From assembly GCA_043806135.1 (NCBI GenBank), contig JAZDHG010000034.1, forward strand, positions 6,283 to 70,282: a stretch of DNA of 64,000 bases, written 5' to 3'. The position numbers and the translations under genes were made by a program. The DNA is from Candidatus Omnitrophota bacterium (GTDB lineage Bacteria > Omnitrophota > Gorgyraeia > B26-G9). Below the pieces are notes generated by a model. That model was given only the letters and a program-made list of their open reading frames with translations, was not told the DNA's origin and searched no databases. Shown here piece after piece: positions 1 to 8,530 of this stretch. The first letter of the stretch is position 1. Each line of letters begins with the position of its first letter.

Positions 1-1250
1 AGTCTTTGTCTTTTAGGAGTGCAACCTCTCGTTAACGTGCGGTTATAATGCCGGTATAAGCTCCCTTGATTTCGCATTAAATTAGGGCCCCATAGTAAAA
101 TACCATTTGCCTCATAGGAAACCTCGGTTACCCCATCACATCTTAATGTAGTTATATCCGCAATAGAACTATCCCACTTTTTACCATCAAATTCAAGTAT
201 ACGAAGGAGATCCTCAGTGTACGGATGATGCATGGAAAAAAGAGTAAATGCTGTGGACACGATGTCTTTTCGTTGCTCTTTGGTTAAATCGAGCGGGCAC
301 CATTCGTCACGATAAGCCGCTATTGCCATGAAAGAATCAAGATCTGTTACATGAGTAGTCCCAGGTTTTCCGGGATGTTCAATCACTAGATAATTAGAGT
401 AATTATCCAGCTCTTCTCTCATGTTTTTGTTCCCCTTGTAAGCATATAGTAGTCCAACATGTTCGTCAAAAGGAAAAGATTCCAAATCTCTATATACATT
501 ATTCCCCAATCTAACCATATAAACTATAAAGGGGTGTTCATTGCTGATTGTAGTTAAATTCCCTGCCGTTACTTCTATTGTTGCTTTATAATTCCCATAT
601 TCTACAAACTCACCATTATTATCTTTACCATCCCAAGTAATGCTTTGCTCTCCTGCCAAAACCGGCAATGATTGCTCCCTGGTCACAATATCATTTGCAT
701 CTAATATTTTTAAAGCAACATTGCTCGGTGTAAATCCTTCAGCAGGTGAAATCGTATAATATATATTAAGCGGTAGAGCATCATCATCAAGCTTATGTTG
801 TATCTGGATGTTTTCGCTATCTCTTTGACCATCATTTTCTATCTCCGCACCAAAAAGGTAAACATTTGCTGTCCTTACTGTCCCTTCGTGGAACACCGCA
901 GTAAGTGTTACTTTATCCGGCTTATCACCCGCATGGTATACAGTCCAGCCAAATCCAGAACTATTGAGAATAAGAGTACTCTCTTCTAAATATCCGGAAT
1001 CCGGGCTTAAAGAAAGAGTTACCGGTTGCCCTTCCCAAGGCGCTCCGGAGCTAAGACGATAACTTACTAAGACATTAACTGTTGATTCTCCATCAGATGG
1101 TAAAGTTGTGCTGTAAGCGCCATTTACTAAAAGCTCCGCACAAGCATAAAGATTAGCTGTCGTTAATACACACCCGATGAAAATAATTAGACTTGCTAAT
1201 AATTTAGTCTTTTTTATTGTTTTTATTATATTCTTTATCTTAAGCTTCAT
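1..1250 (-). CDS. Secreted or lipoprotein with a FlgD-like Ig domain. The gene is 3'-partial and runs off the window start.
   Basis: ATG at 1250-1248 directly after an in-frame stop. Signal or lipobox-like N-terminus MKLKIKNIIKTIKKTKLLASLIIFIGC. Open to position 1 with no stop. Internal motif ITWDGKDNNGEFVEYGNYKATIEV resembles FlgD/Ig-like cell-surface domains. Not in the ORF track because no stop lies in the window. Confidence 0.5.
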   Translation of the reverse strand, partial: MKLKIKNIIKTIKKTKLLASLIIFIGCVLTTANLYACAELLVNGAYSTTLPSDGESTVNVLVSYRLSSGAPWEGQPVTLSLSPDSGYLEESTLILNSSGFGWTVYHAGDKPDKVTLTAVFHEGTVRTANVYLFGAEIENDGQRDSENIQIQHKLDDDALPLNIYYTISPAEGFTPSNVALKILDANDIVTREQSLPVLAGEQSITWDGKDNNGEFVEYGNYKATIEVTAGNLTTISNEHPFIVYMVRLGNNVYRDLESFPFDEHVGLLYAYKGNKNMREELDNYSNYLVIEHPGKPGTTHVTDLDSFMAIAAYRDEWCPLDLTKEQRKDIVSTAFTLFSMHHPYTEDLLRILEFDGKKWDSSIADITTLRCDGVTEVSYEANGILLWGPNLMRNQGSLYRHYNRTLTRGCTPKRQR

Positions 1251-2001
1251 TATCCTCTAAACGCTCTATAGCTTCAATTGCCGCCTCTATCCACCCCGAT
1301 TTAGGATAAATTTTAATGATTTTCCGGTAGAGCTGTTTTGCTTGCTGAATCTGTCCTTTTTCTTCATGAATCCGAGCAATACTATAAGTCGCACACGCTG
1401 GCCAATGCAGCAAATCTCCATGCTCATCTACTATCTTATTGTACCAGATAAAACATCCTTGTTGATCACTTTGCGCTTCGTGAATCTGGGCAATCATAAA
1501 CTTATAGGAAGCGGTTAGTTCAGGAGTTATGTCCCAGCCAATGAGTTCTTGGTAAATGCTAATTGCTTCGAGACATTTTCCCTTTGGAAGTAATCTAGCT
1601 GCATCTTCTTCATATATTTTAGCTTTTGTCTTTAACGCGGCTTTATCATCCGGATTTTTGCTTAGTAATTCATTAGCTGCTTGTATCGCTTCTTCATTTT
1701 TACCCACCTTCAAAAAAGTCTGAGATAGCTTTCTTTTGGTCTTTCTCCTAGTTATTTCTGAAACACTGGGGTTGTGGATATATTCCTGATAAGCCTGGGT
1801 AAGTTGGTCATATGCCTTTTTCATCTTCTCTTGATCACCTTCATGCATTGCAAGTCTTGCGTTAATGCTTAAGGCGCCTATTTTGTTTATATGGAGTTTG
1901 GTTGCTTTTAGTTGCGAGTTCTGATAAGCATAACTGAGTAGCTGACAGAGAAAAAGTAAGGTTATGATAGCAATCGTAATCAATTTAGCTTTGCTTTTCA
2001 T
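1240..2001 (-). CDS. TPR-repeat protein with an N-terminal signal peptide
   Basis: 253 aa with a hydrophobic N-terminus MKSKAKLITIAIITLLFLCQLL. Repeated 34-aa A/Y/L-patterned helices are typical of tetratricopeptide repeats. Confidence 0.6.
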   Translation of the reverse strand: MKSKAKLITIAIITLLFLCQLLSYAYQNSQLKATKLHINKIGALSINARLAMHEGDQEKMKKAYDQLTQAYQEYIHNPSVSEITRRKTKRKLSQTFLKVGKNEEAIQAANELLSKNPDDKAALKTKAKIYEEDAARLLPKGKCLEAISIYQELIGWDITPELTASYKFMIAQIHEAQSDQQGCFIWYNKIVDEHGDLLHWPACATYSIARIHEEKGQIQQAKQLYRKIIKIYPKSGWIEAAIEAIERLEDNEA

Positions 2002-2029
2002 AAGTATTATTTCCCTATTATTGATTAAG

Positions 2030-2899
2030 TTAAAAATCCTTCAATGGATCTTGAATTGCTACGCTTTGGCCTTCAGAAAGCAAACTGCTATCACCTGTCA
2101 GGACATAACGTTGATAACGGATAAAATCATCCGCTCGCTGACGATTGCCATCTAATATTTTAAAACTATTTACAATTGCATCAACAGTCCATTCTGCAAG
2201 CTCTGCTTCCTCATCAGGACAGTAGAGATAGGCTTGTTTATAAAAAGAAAGTGCTTGTGTTAATTTGGTCTCTTTTTTATCTTCAGAGATATTGTTCTTT
2301 AAAGCTTCCTGAAAGCTAAGATTGCCACTTTCCCAATAAGCTTTAGCGATTTCCAGCTTTGCTTGCGGATAGTTGCCCCAAACTTTACCATATTCAATAA
2401 AAGCTTTCTCGTTTTCACGCATTTGACTGAGTGTATAGCCGATCATCCGTTGGGCCTGGGCAGTTACTTCACACTTAGGATAGTCACTAATTACTTTTCG
2501 GAAATTAACAATAGCTTTATCATAATCATATATCCGATAAACATAGACCTGCCCTATTTCAAAGCGTGCTTTTGCACAGGCAAACCAACAATCAGCATAA
2601 TCTTGAATGAGTTCTTCAAAAACAGCTATCGCCGCTTCATTATCTCTTTGACTATAATAGTTGCATCCAATCCAATACTGAGCTTTTGCTAGAGCTTCGC
2701 GATTAGTCGCAGAATGGGCTTGGATAAAGCTTTGCAGCTCGTCTTTCTTATCCCATCCTCCTTCCCACCATTTTTCCGGAATGTCTTCAATTATTTCATC
2801 TAGAACAATTCTTGTAGCTTGAGCGTTTATGATTTTGAATGAGAATAACGCGATAAAGCTGAAAAATATAGCTAAAGTTATTAGATTCGCTCTTTTCAT
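2030..2899 (-). CDS. TPR-repeat protein with an N-terminal signal peptide
   Basis: 289 aa. Signal-like MKRANLITLAIFFSFIALFSF followed by multiple TPR-like repeats (W/Y..A...Y..A pattern). Confidence 0.6.
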   Translation of the reverse strand: MKRANLITLAIFFSFIALFSFKIINAQATRIVLDEIIEDIPEKWWEGGWDKKDELQSFIQAHSATNREALAKAQYWIGCNYYSQRDNEAAIAVFEELIQDYADCWFACAKARFEIGQVYVYRIYDYDKAIVNFRKVISDYPKCEVTAQAQRMIGYTLSQMRENEKAFIEYGKVWGNYPQAKLEIAKAYWESGNLSFQEALKNNISEDKKETKLTQALSFYKQAYLYCPDEEAELAEWTVDAIVNSFKILDGNRQRADDFIRYQRYVLTGDSSLLSEGQSVAIQDPLKDF

Positions 2900-2984
2900 A
2901 GGTTCACTCCAATTTTTATTATTAAAAAGGCACCTTCCTACATATTATCAATATATAATTGTAATTATCAGAATGTCAAGCAAA

Positions 2985-4703
2985 TTAGAGGAAAGAAAGG
3001 CCTATGATTAAAATAATCAAGAGAAAGAGAATAAACGGCAAAATGATAATAAGATAAATTCCCGGGGTTTCCCATTTGAATCTATAAAGCAATGGGTTCG
3101 CAATTAAGGCAACCGCTATGGGAAATAACCAAATGTTTGATGTTTGAAAAACACTTAAAATTAGGCTAATTCCTACTAATGCTTCAAAAATACTAAAACG
3201 ATCAATCTTGATCGGAATAAACAAAGTTTGTTTAGAAAGCTGATATTCCTTTATGCCGCTTACATAAAAAACCCTTTTTAGAGGCAAAATACTCAAAAGT
3301 ATTACTCTGACAAAAAAAATAATTGTGCTAAAACAAATAAAGGTGTATTGAGCCATGAAGTTAAACATCTTTATTGGCTTTTTATACCATTCGATCACGG
3401 CAAAAGCCAGATCAGAAAATGCGTAAAACAACATAGCAATAAAAAATTCAAACGCCCAGCTGGTATAGATGTTCTGCCCCATTTGATATGATCCGGAGAA
3501 AAACAAGGGTATGCTTTCAAGAAGCGGGATAGGCATAGTGTTTAAGGGTAAGTATAGATTGAAATATTTTGTTGTTAGAGGAAGCGCGATAGAGACAATA
3601 AAAAGAAAGAGAATAAACGGTAAACCAAAAAGAAGCCTACCGGCAAAAAGAGGGATATCTACTTTTTCAATCCAGGTAGCATGTTTTGAAAATAAGAGCT
3701 TCAGATAGTATTTCAAAAAATAAGCTGCTGTACCGCTAATCCAGCGTTCTCCCCTTTTTCGATATTTATGGTAATCTTCAGGAAAATCTTCATAGCAAAT
3801 CACATCTTTAACAAAAAACCCGCGATATCCAAGTCTAAGAGCTTCTGAGGTAAAAATAAAATCTTCAGTAATTGAATCCGGAAAACCACCCACCTGCTTC
3901 CAAACATTCATTCGAATGATTCCACCATGGCCATAAAACAATACATAGCCGTATTTATTTTTTGCTGGAACAAAATATTTATAATGAAGCCTGGTTTGAT
4001 GCTTTAGATATTCGCTAAAGATAAAACCTTGTTTAGGGTTAGTCTGTTGCTGGGACTGAATAAACCCAATGTTTTCATCTAAAGAAAAATAAGGGATCAA
4101 GCGCGTGAGAAAATCTTGAGGTAAAATCCCATCCGCATCTGAGATAGCAAAGTACTCGAATTCATCCGCAATCTGCTTTAAGCCATAATTTAGATTTCCC
4201 GCTTTAAAGCCTGTTTTATTTTTGCGCCTGATAAGGTTAACAGTTTTATGATCACTTACAAAATTATCAATTTTCAGTTTGTTTTTATCATCGGTGCTGT
4301 CATCTAAAATATAGACTTTGAAATTAGGGTAATCTTGCCCCAGGCAGCTTAAGATTGCTACTTCTTTGAAATCATCTTTGGTGGGATAAAGGATAACAAC
4401 CTTCGGTGCTGAAGGTGATAAATGAAAAGATTTGGGTAAATCTTGAGCAATAAATCGAGAAAAGACCGCGAGAACAATTTGATAGATACCTATTAGCCAA
4501 AAAATATTCACACAGATGATTAAACCAGTAACAGACAACCATGCAAGGAGGGGTTCTCCTCTTCTTACTTCTGCAAATATCTTCGGATCAAAATATAAGA
4601 TAAGAAGCAGCCAAAGCCCAAAAACTATCACAAACATGAAATTGTCTTTGGCTAGTACCTGTTTATTAGGTTCTTCTGGCATTAGCTTGGTTTTTCTATT
4701 CAC
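2985..4703 (-). CDS. Processive family-2 glycosyltransferase (cellulose/chitin/hyaluronan-synthase-like) with no PilZ domain
   Basis: 572 aa. N- and C-terminal TM helix bundles flank a GT2 core carrying DDSTDD, a BcsA-like KAGNLNYGL motif, QQTNP (cf. QTP) and RKRGERWISG (cf. QxxRW). Confidence 0.65.
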   Translation of the reverse strand: MNRKTKLMPEEPNKQVLAKDNFMFVIVFGLWLLLILYFDPKIFAEVRRGEPLLAWLSVTGLIICVNIFWLIGIYQIVLAVFSRFIAQDLPKSFHLSPSAPKVVILYPTKDDFKEVAILSCLGQDYPNFKVYILDDSTDDKNKLKIDNFVSDHKTVNLIRRKNKTGFKAGNLNYGLKQIADEFEYFAISDADGILPQDFLTRLIPYFSLDENIGFIQSQQQTNPKQGFIFSEYLKHQTRLHYKYFVPAKNKYGYVLFYGHGGIIRMNVWKQVGGFPDSITEDFIFTSEALRLGYRGFFVKDVICYEDFPEDYHKYRKRGERWISGTAAYFLKYYLKLLFSKHATWIEKVDIPLFAGRLLFGLPFILFLFIVSIALPLTTKYFNLYLPLNTMPIPLLESIPLFFSGSYQMGQNIYTSWAFEFFIAMLFYAFSDLAFAVIEWYKKPIKMFNFMAQYTFICFSTIIFFVRVILLSILPLKRVFYVSGIKEYQLSKQTLFIPIKIDRFSIFEALVGISLILSVFQTSNIWLFPIAVALIANPLLYRFKWETPGIYLIIILPFILFLLIILIIGLSFL

Positions 4704-4871
4704 TTCTTAAATTTTTCATATCCTTCGTAGTAGTTCGATACAAATAATGTATTTTTTAAAATTAAGAGTATCTAAGAAACATCCCCGAACGACTACAAAC
4801 AAAAAGTTGGAAGAAAAAACTAAAATTTTCCAGGATAATCATTAACGATTGAATCCTTTTAGACTCTTAGA

Positions 4872-5420
4872 CTACAAAACAGTCTTGATGTCTTCTAAAT
4901 TAGGCAAATTGGCGTCTTTTTCAGATAGAATAGGGTCTTTGATCGGCCATTTGATATTTATATGCGGATCACACCAGAGAATACCTTTGTCATGCTCAGG
5001 TGAATATTCATCACTGCATTGATAAACAACATCGGCCTTGTCAGAGAGTACACAAAAACCGTGCGCAAATCCTTCCGGGATATAAAGCATTTTGCGGTTC
5101 TCACTTGAAAGCACCTCTCCTACCCATGTGCCGTAATTTGCCGACCCCTTACGCAGATCAACAGCAACATCAAAGATCTCCCCGGCAATTACATTGACCA
5201 GCTTTGCCTGCGCCTTAGGGCTGCTTTGAAAATGCAGGCCCCGTAGAACATGCTTTTTTGAAGAAGAGTGATTTACCTGCACAAAAGGTTTGTTAAGCCC
5301 GTATCGGCCAAAAGCTGATACTTTAAAAAGCTCTATGAACTCACCGCGTTCATCAGCAAAAACATCCGGAGTGATCAGGATCATTTCAGGAATATCGAGC
5401 TTTTTAAAATTAAACGCCAT
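4872..5420 (-). CDS. rfbC: dTDP-4-dehydrorhamnose 3,5-epimerase
   Basis: 182 aa. RmlC cupin-fold signature PDVFADERGEF..., of typical length. Confidence 0.85.
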   Translation of the reverse strand: MAFNFKKLDIPEMILITPDVFADERGEFIELFKVSAFGRYGLNKPFVQVNHSSSKKHVLRGLHFQSSPKAQAKLVNVIAGEIFDVAVDLRKGSANYGTWVGEVLSSENRKMLYIPEGFAHGFCVLSDKADVVYQCSDEYSPEHDKGILWCDPHINIKWPIKDPILSEKDANLPNLEDIKTVL

Positions 5421-5421
5421 T

Positions 5422-6318
5422 CTATTGTTCCCCAGCGATCTTTCGCAGATATTCAGAGTAGCTTGTTTTCATCTGGCCGGCAAGTTTTAATAACTGCTCT
5501 TTTGTTATATACCCTTTTTTGTAAGCTATCTCTTCCAAACACCCGATCTTTAAACCCTGCCTGTCTTCAATGGTCTTGATAAAAATAGAGGCGTCAATAA
5601 GAGAATCATAAGTTCCTGTGTCCAGCCATGCATACCCCTGCTTTAATAGCCTTACCTTCAGCTTTTTATCCTTTAAATAGACATTATTAAGGTCTGTGAT
5701 CTCAAGCTCTCCCCTGGCTGAGGGCTTGATGTTTTTAGCGATCTGCACAACCTTATTATCATAAAAATATAATCCGGTGATCGCCCAATGAGACCTGGGA
5801 TTTTTTGGTTTTTCGACTATAGATACCGCATTATTGTCATTGTCAAATTCAATTACACCGTATCTCTGCGGGTCTTTTACATAGTATCCAAAAACGCAGG
5901 CACCAGTTTCCTGCTCAACCGCCTTCTTGAGCTCATATTCCAGTCCTGCACCGAAAAAGATATTATCTCCTAAAACCAGGCAGACCTTGTCATGAGCGAT
6001 AAAATCCTCTCCGATAATGAACGCTTCTGCTATGCCGCGGGGTTTATCCTGCTCGGCATATTGCACTTTAAGTCCAAAATCACTTCCATCACCGAATAAA
6101 GCTTTAAACTGACCCAGCGCCTCCGGGGTGGAGATTATAAGCACCTCGGTTATGCCTGCCTGCATCAGCACGGAAAGAGGATAATATATCATCGGCTTGT
6201 CGTAAACCGGCAATAGCTGCTTGCAGACACCTTTTGTTATCGGATATAACCTGGTCGCCTTGCCTCCGGCTAAAATAATACCTTTCATTATTGCTCCCTT
6301 TCCACAGGTATAATCCAC
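5422..6318 (-). CDS. rfbA: Glucose-1-phosphate thymidylyltransferase
   Basis: 298 aa. N-terminus [39 protein letters not shown] is the canonical RmlA nucleotidyltransferase motif. Only 2 nt separate it from rfbC. Confidence 0.9.
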   Translation of the reverse strand: MDYTCGKGAIMKGIILAGGKATRLYPITKGVCKQLLPVYDKPMIYYPLSVLMQAGITEVLIISTPEALGQFKALFGDGSDFGLKVQYAEQDKPRGIAEAFIIGEDFIAHDKVCLVLGDNIFFGAGLEYELKKAVEQETGACVFGYYVKDPQRYGVIEFDNDNNAVSIVEKPKNPRSHWAITGLYFYDNKVVQIAKNIKPSARGELEITDLNNVYLKDKKLKVRLLKQGYAWLDTGTYDSLIDASIFIKTIEDRQGLKIGCLEEIAYKKGYITKEQLLKLAGQMKTSYSEYLRKIAGEQ

Positions 6319-6480
6319 AAATATTATCTGGATTATACCTGATTACAACGATTAATATTAGATTGCAACGATTAAACCATTAATCTCCGCACTTGACAGC
6401 TTTTATTGCCAAAATTTATTAATAGCCCAACCTTATATCCTGACACCTTTAGATACGATATAACTTGCAATTCAAATACA
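6296..6480. repeat. Conserved 3' flank of the GxxExxY cassette (copy A). It has an inverted repeat ggtataatcc-N16-ggattatacc and a direct repeat gattacaacgatta/gattgcaacgatta. Recurs at 33991-34180.
   Basis: Direct nucleotide alignment of 6296-6480 with 33991-34180, about 85% identical and including the last ~35 codons of the GxxExxY ORF. Confidence 0.6.
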
Positions 6481-6743
6481 GCAGGCACCTTACCTGATAG
6501 GGCTTTAATTTCAGTTACAATTTTGTCTTCCACAACTAAATCCATCCTCAATTTACCGATATTTTCTTTCTGAAACAAAATATCAAAACTTTTCTCAGTT
6601 TGATAGCTTAGACCATTCTCTTTTAAGGTTATTTTAAAAGCGTTATGGTATATTCTCTCATTGAATCCAGGACCAAGTTTACTATGCACCTTATAAGCGC
6701 AGGCGATTATTTTATCAGTTAAAGGATCTCTTTCCTTAATCAC
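6372..6743 (-). CDS. GxxExxY family small protein (putative PD-(D/E)xK fold)
   Basis: 123 aa. Contains the GPGFNERIY motif (G-x-x-E-x-x-Y). Length and motif placement are typical of the family. It sits in an intergenic slot whose flanks are repeated elsewhere in the window. Confidence 0.75.
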   Translation of the reverse strand: MIKERDPLTDKIIACAYKVHSKLGPGFNERIYHNAFKITLKENGLSYQTEKSFDILFQKENIGKLRMDLVVEDKIVTEIKALSGKVPAVFELQVISYLKVSGYKVGLLINFGNKSCQVRRLMV

Positions 6744-6852
6744 TGTAATCTCCTCTTGAATCTACGCAATCACGCCATCCTCCTGCACTTTTTTTTATAG
6801 GATGGCTTATTTCACTTACTGTCTTTTACCACTTCGCCTTTAAACAATTTAT

Positions 6853-8181
6853 CTATGCTTTTTGTCCCGCTTTGAGAATTGTTTTTAATGAATGATGAAT
6901 TTTATCAAATAAGCCGTCACGGATGGCAGATGCCACAGCCGGGGTGTTAACCAGCACTTCAGCTGTTACCCCAAGCTTTCCATCATTATCCTTAAGCGGT
7001 ATTAATTTTTGAAAGATTACCCCTCGTAAGCACTCGCTAAGGACTTTTCTCATATAATAATGTCTTTCTGTTGCAAACATATTGATTATTTTATCTAATA
7101 CCCCGACCACACCGGAACTTGAAATAACAACATATACAAGTTTTCCGCAAGCAGATGCATCAATAGCCAGATTAATAGTTTCTTCATCAGGGATATCGCT
7201 GAGCACCAGTACATCAACATCCTGCTGCATGGCCTGCTTTATCCCGCTGACAAATGATTCTGTATCTATGCCGACCTCTCTTTGTTTGATAACACTGTTC
7301 TTTACCGGGAATACATACTCGATCGGGTTCTGAAAAGTTAAAATAACACTAGAGCGCTCGCTGTTGATCTTTTCAATAAGCGCAGCGCAGGTGGTTGTCT
7401 TGCCGCAGCCTGCCGGGCCTGTGATCACCACTAATCCCGGTTTATTATCAGCAAAAGAAGACACAATATCAGGTAATTTTAAATCTTCAAGAGTCGGGAT
7501 CGGAACAGTTATAAGATGAAATGCGGCCTCAATAGCGCCTTGCTGCATATGCACGTTTAGCCGGAAACGATAAGTACCGGCTACCGTGACAATGGTAACC
7601 GCAGTATTAAGTTCGTGTTCAACGCTTATTTTATTTGTCTGGTCTTCTGTGAGCAGGCTGAAAACCATTCTTTTAATTGCCTGCCTATCTAAAGCATCGT
7701 ATTTCATTGCCTGCAGCTGCCCTGCCTTGCGAAGCATGGGAGGATGCTCTATAGACAGATGAACATCGGTAGCCTGCTCATACATAGCCAGCTGCAGCAG
7801 GCCGATAATGTCTACCTGTTCGATCTCAACCTGAAGTTTCTGGCGGTCTGTTCTCTTGATATCAGTAATAGCAGCAGCAACCCCGTACACTTCTCCGGCC
7901 TTGATCTCAGCCGCCCGAACAATACGTGCTTTCATAACTATCGGTACTTCGAAAAAAGGAATTTTCAGATTTACTTCCAGCTCAGTATTCAAGCTCATCG
8001 GATGAAAGGATTCAAAACATACACCCGCAGCGCTCAGGTTTTTCGTTACAGTGGAGTTCCAGGCACGGGATGCGCCCTCTTCATGCAATACCCTATACTG
8101 CATAGACAGCTGCGCTCTTACCCTGGCAAACTGCCTTCTATTCAAGCCCTCCTCAAACTGATTTTTGACTTTACTATCCAT
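6853..8181 (-). CDS. Fusion of an N-terminal PilZ domain to a PilT-like type IV pilus retraction ATPase
   Basis: 442 aa. The N-terminal ~110 aa carry PilZ motifs RRQFAR (RxxxR) and NLSAAG (NxSxxG). The remainder is a full PilT: N-domain, Walker A GPAGCGKTTT, Asp box VDVLVLSDIPDEE, His-box-equivalent VVISSSG and AIRDG. Confidence 0.7.
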   Translation of the reverse strand: MDSKVKNQFEEGLNRRQFARVRAQLSMQYRVLHEEGASRAWNSTVTKNLSAAGVCFESFHPMSLNTELEVNLKIPFFEVPIVMKARIVRAAEIKAGEVYGVAAAITDIKRTDRQKLQVEIEQVDIIGLLQLAMYEQATDVHLSIEHPPMLRKAGQLQAMKYDALDRQAIKRMVFSLLTEDQTNKISVEHELNTAVTIVTVAGTYRFRLNVHMQQGAIEAAFHLITVPIPTLEDLKLPDIVSSFADNKPGLVVITGPAGCGKTTTCAALIEKINSERSSVILTFQNPIEYVFPVKNSVIKQREVGIDTESFVSGIKQAMQQDVDVLVLSDIPDEETINLAIDASACGKLVYVVISSSGVVGVLDKIINMFATERHYYMRKVLSECLRGVIFQKLIPLKDNDGKLGVTAEVLVNTPAVASAIRDGLFDKIHHSLKTILKAGQKA

Positions 8182-8185
8182 TTTT

Positions 8186-8530
8186 TTATTTTCCTTTTCC
8201 CTTTTTTACCCCGCAAAAATTCTTTTCAAATTTAAGCAGCTCGTTTTTGAGCTTTACCCCCAGAGCATATCCCCCTATTTTCCCACTTGATGCAACCACC
8301 CGATGACAAGGTATCAAAAGAGGCAATGGATTTTTCTTGAGAGCCGTTCCTACAGCCCGCTGGGCATTCGGACGGCCGATACGTTCTGCTATCCACTTAT
8401 ATGTTCTGGTCTCACCCGGTTTAATTTCACAGGCCGCTTTTAAGACATCTTTTTGAAAAGGTGTAAATCCCTTCATTATAATATCAATACTTGTTCCAAT
8501 GTTCAATGATATTTTTTGCTGTTCTTTCAT
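8186..8530 (-). CDS. ogt: Methylated-DNA--protein-cysteine methyltransferase (MGMT/Ogt C-terminal domain only)
   Basis: PCHRVV active-site motif followed by a helix-turn-helix. A likely true start at M19 (position 8476) would lie 8 nt after the uvrC stop and remove the 47-nt overlap. Confidence 0.7.
   Translation of the reverse strand: MKEQQKISLNIGTSIDIIMKGFTPFQKDVLKAACEIKPGETRTYKWIAERIGRPNAQRAVGTALKKNPLPLLIPCHRVVASSGKIGGYALGVKLKNELLKFEKNFCGVKKGKGK

Noticed and set aside
7744-8235. 163-aa plus-strand ORF
   Set aside because: Entirely antisense to the PilZ-PilT gene. Low-complexity translation with no start context. Treated as a shadow ORF.
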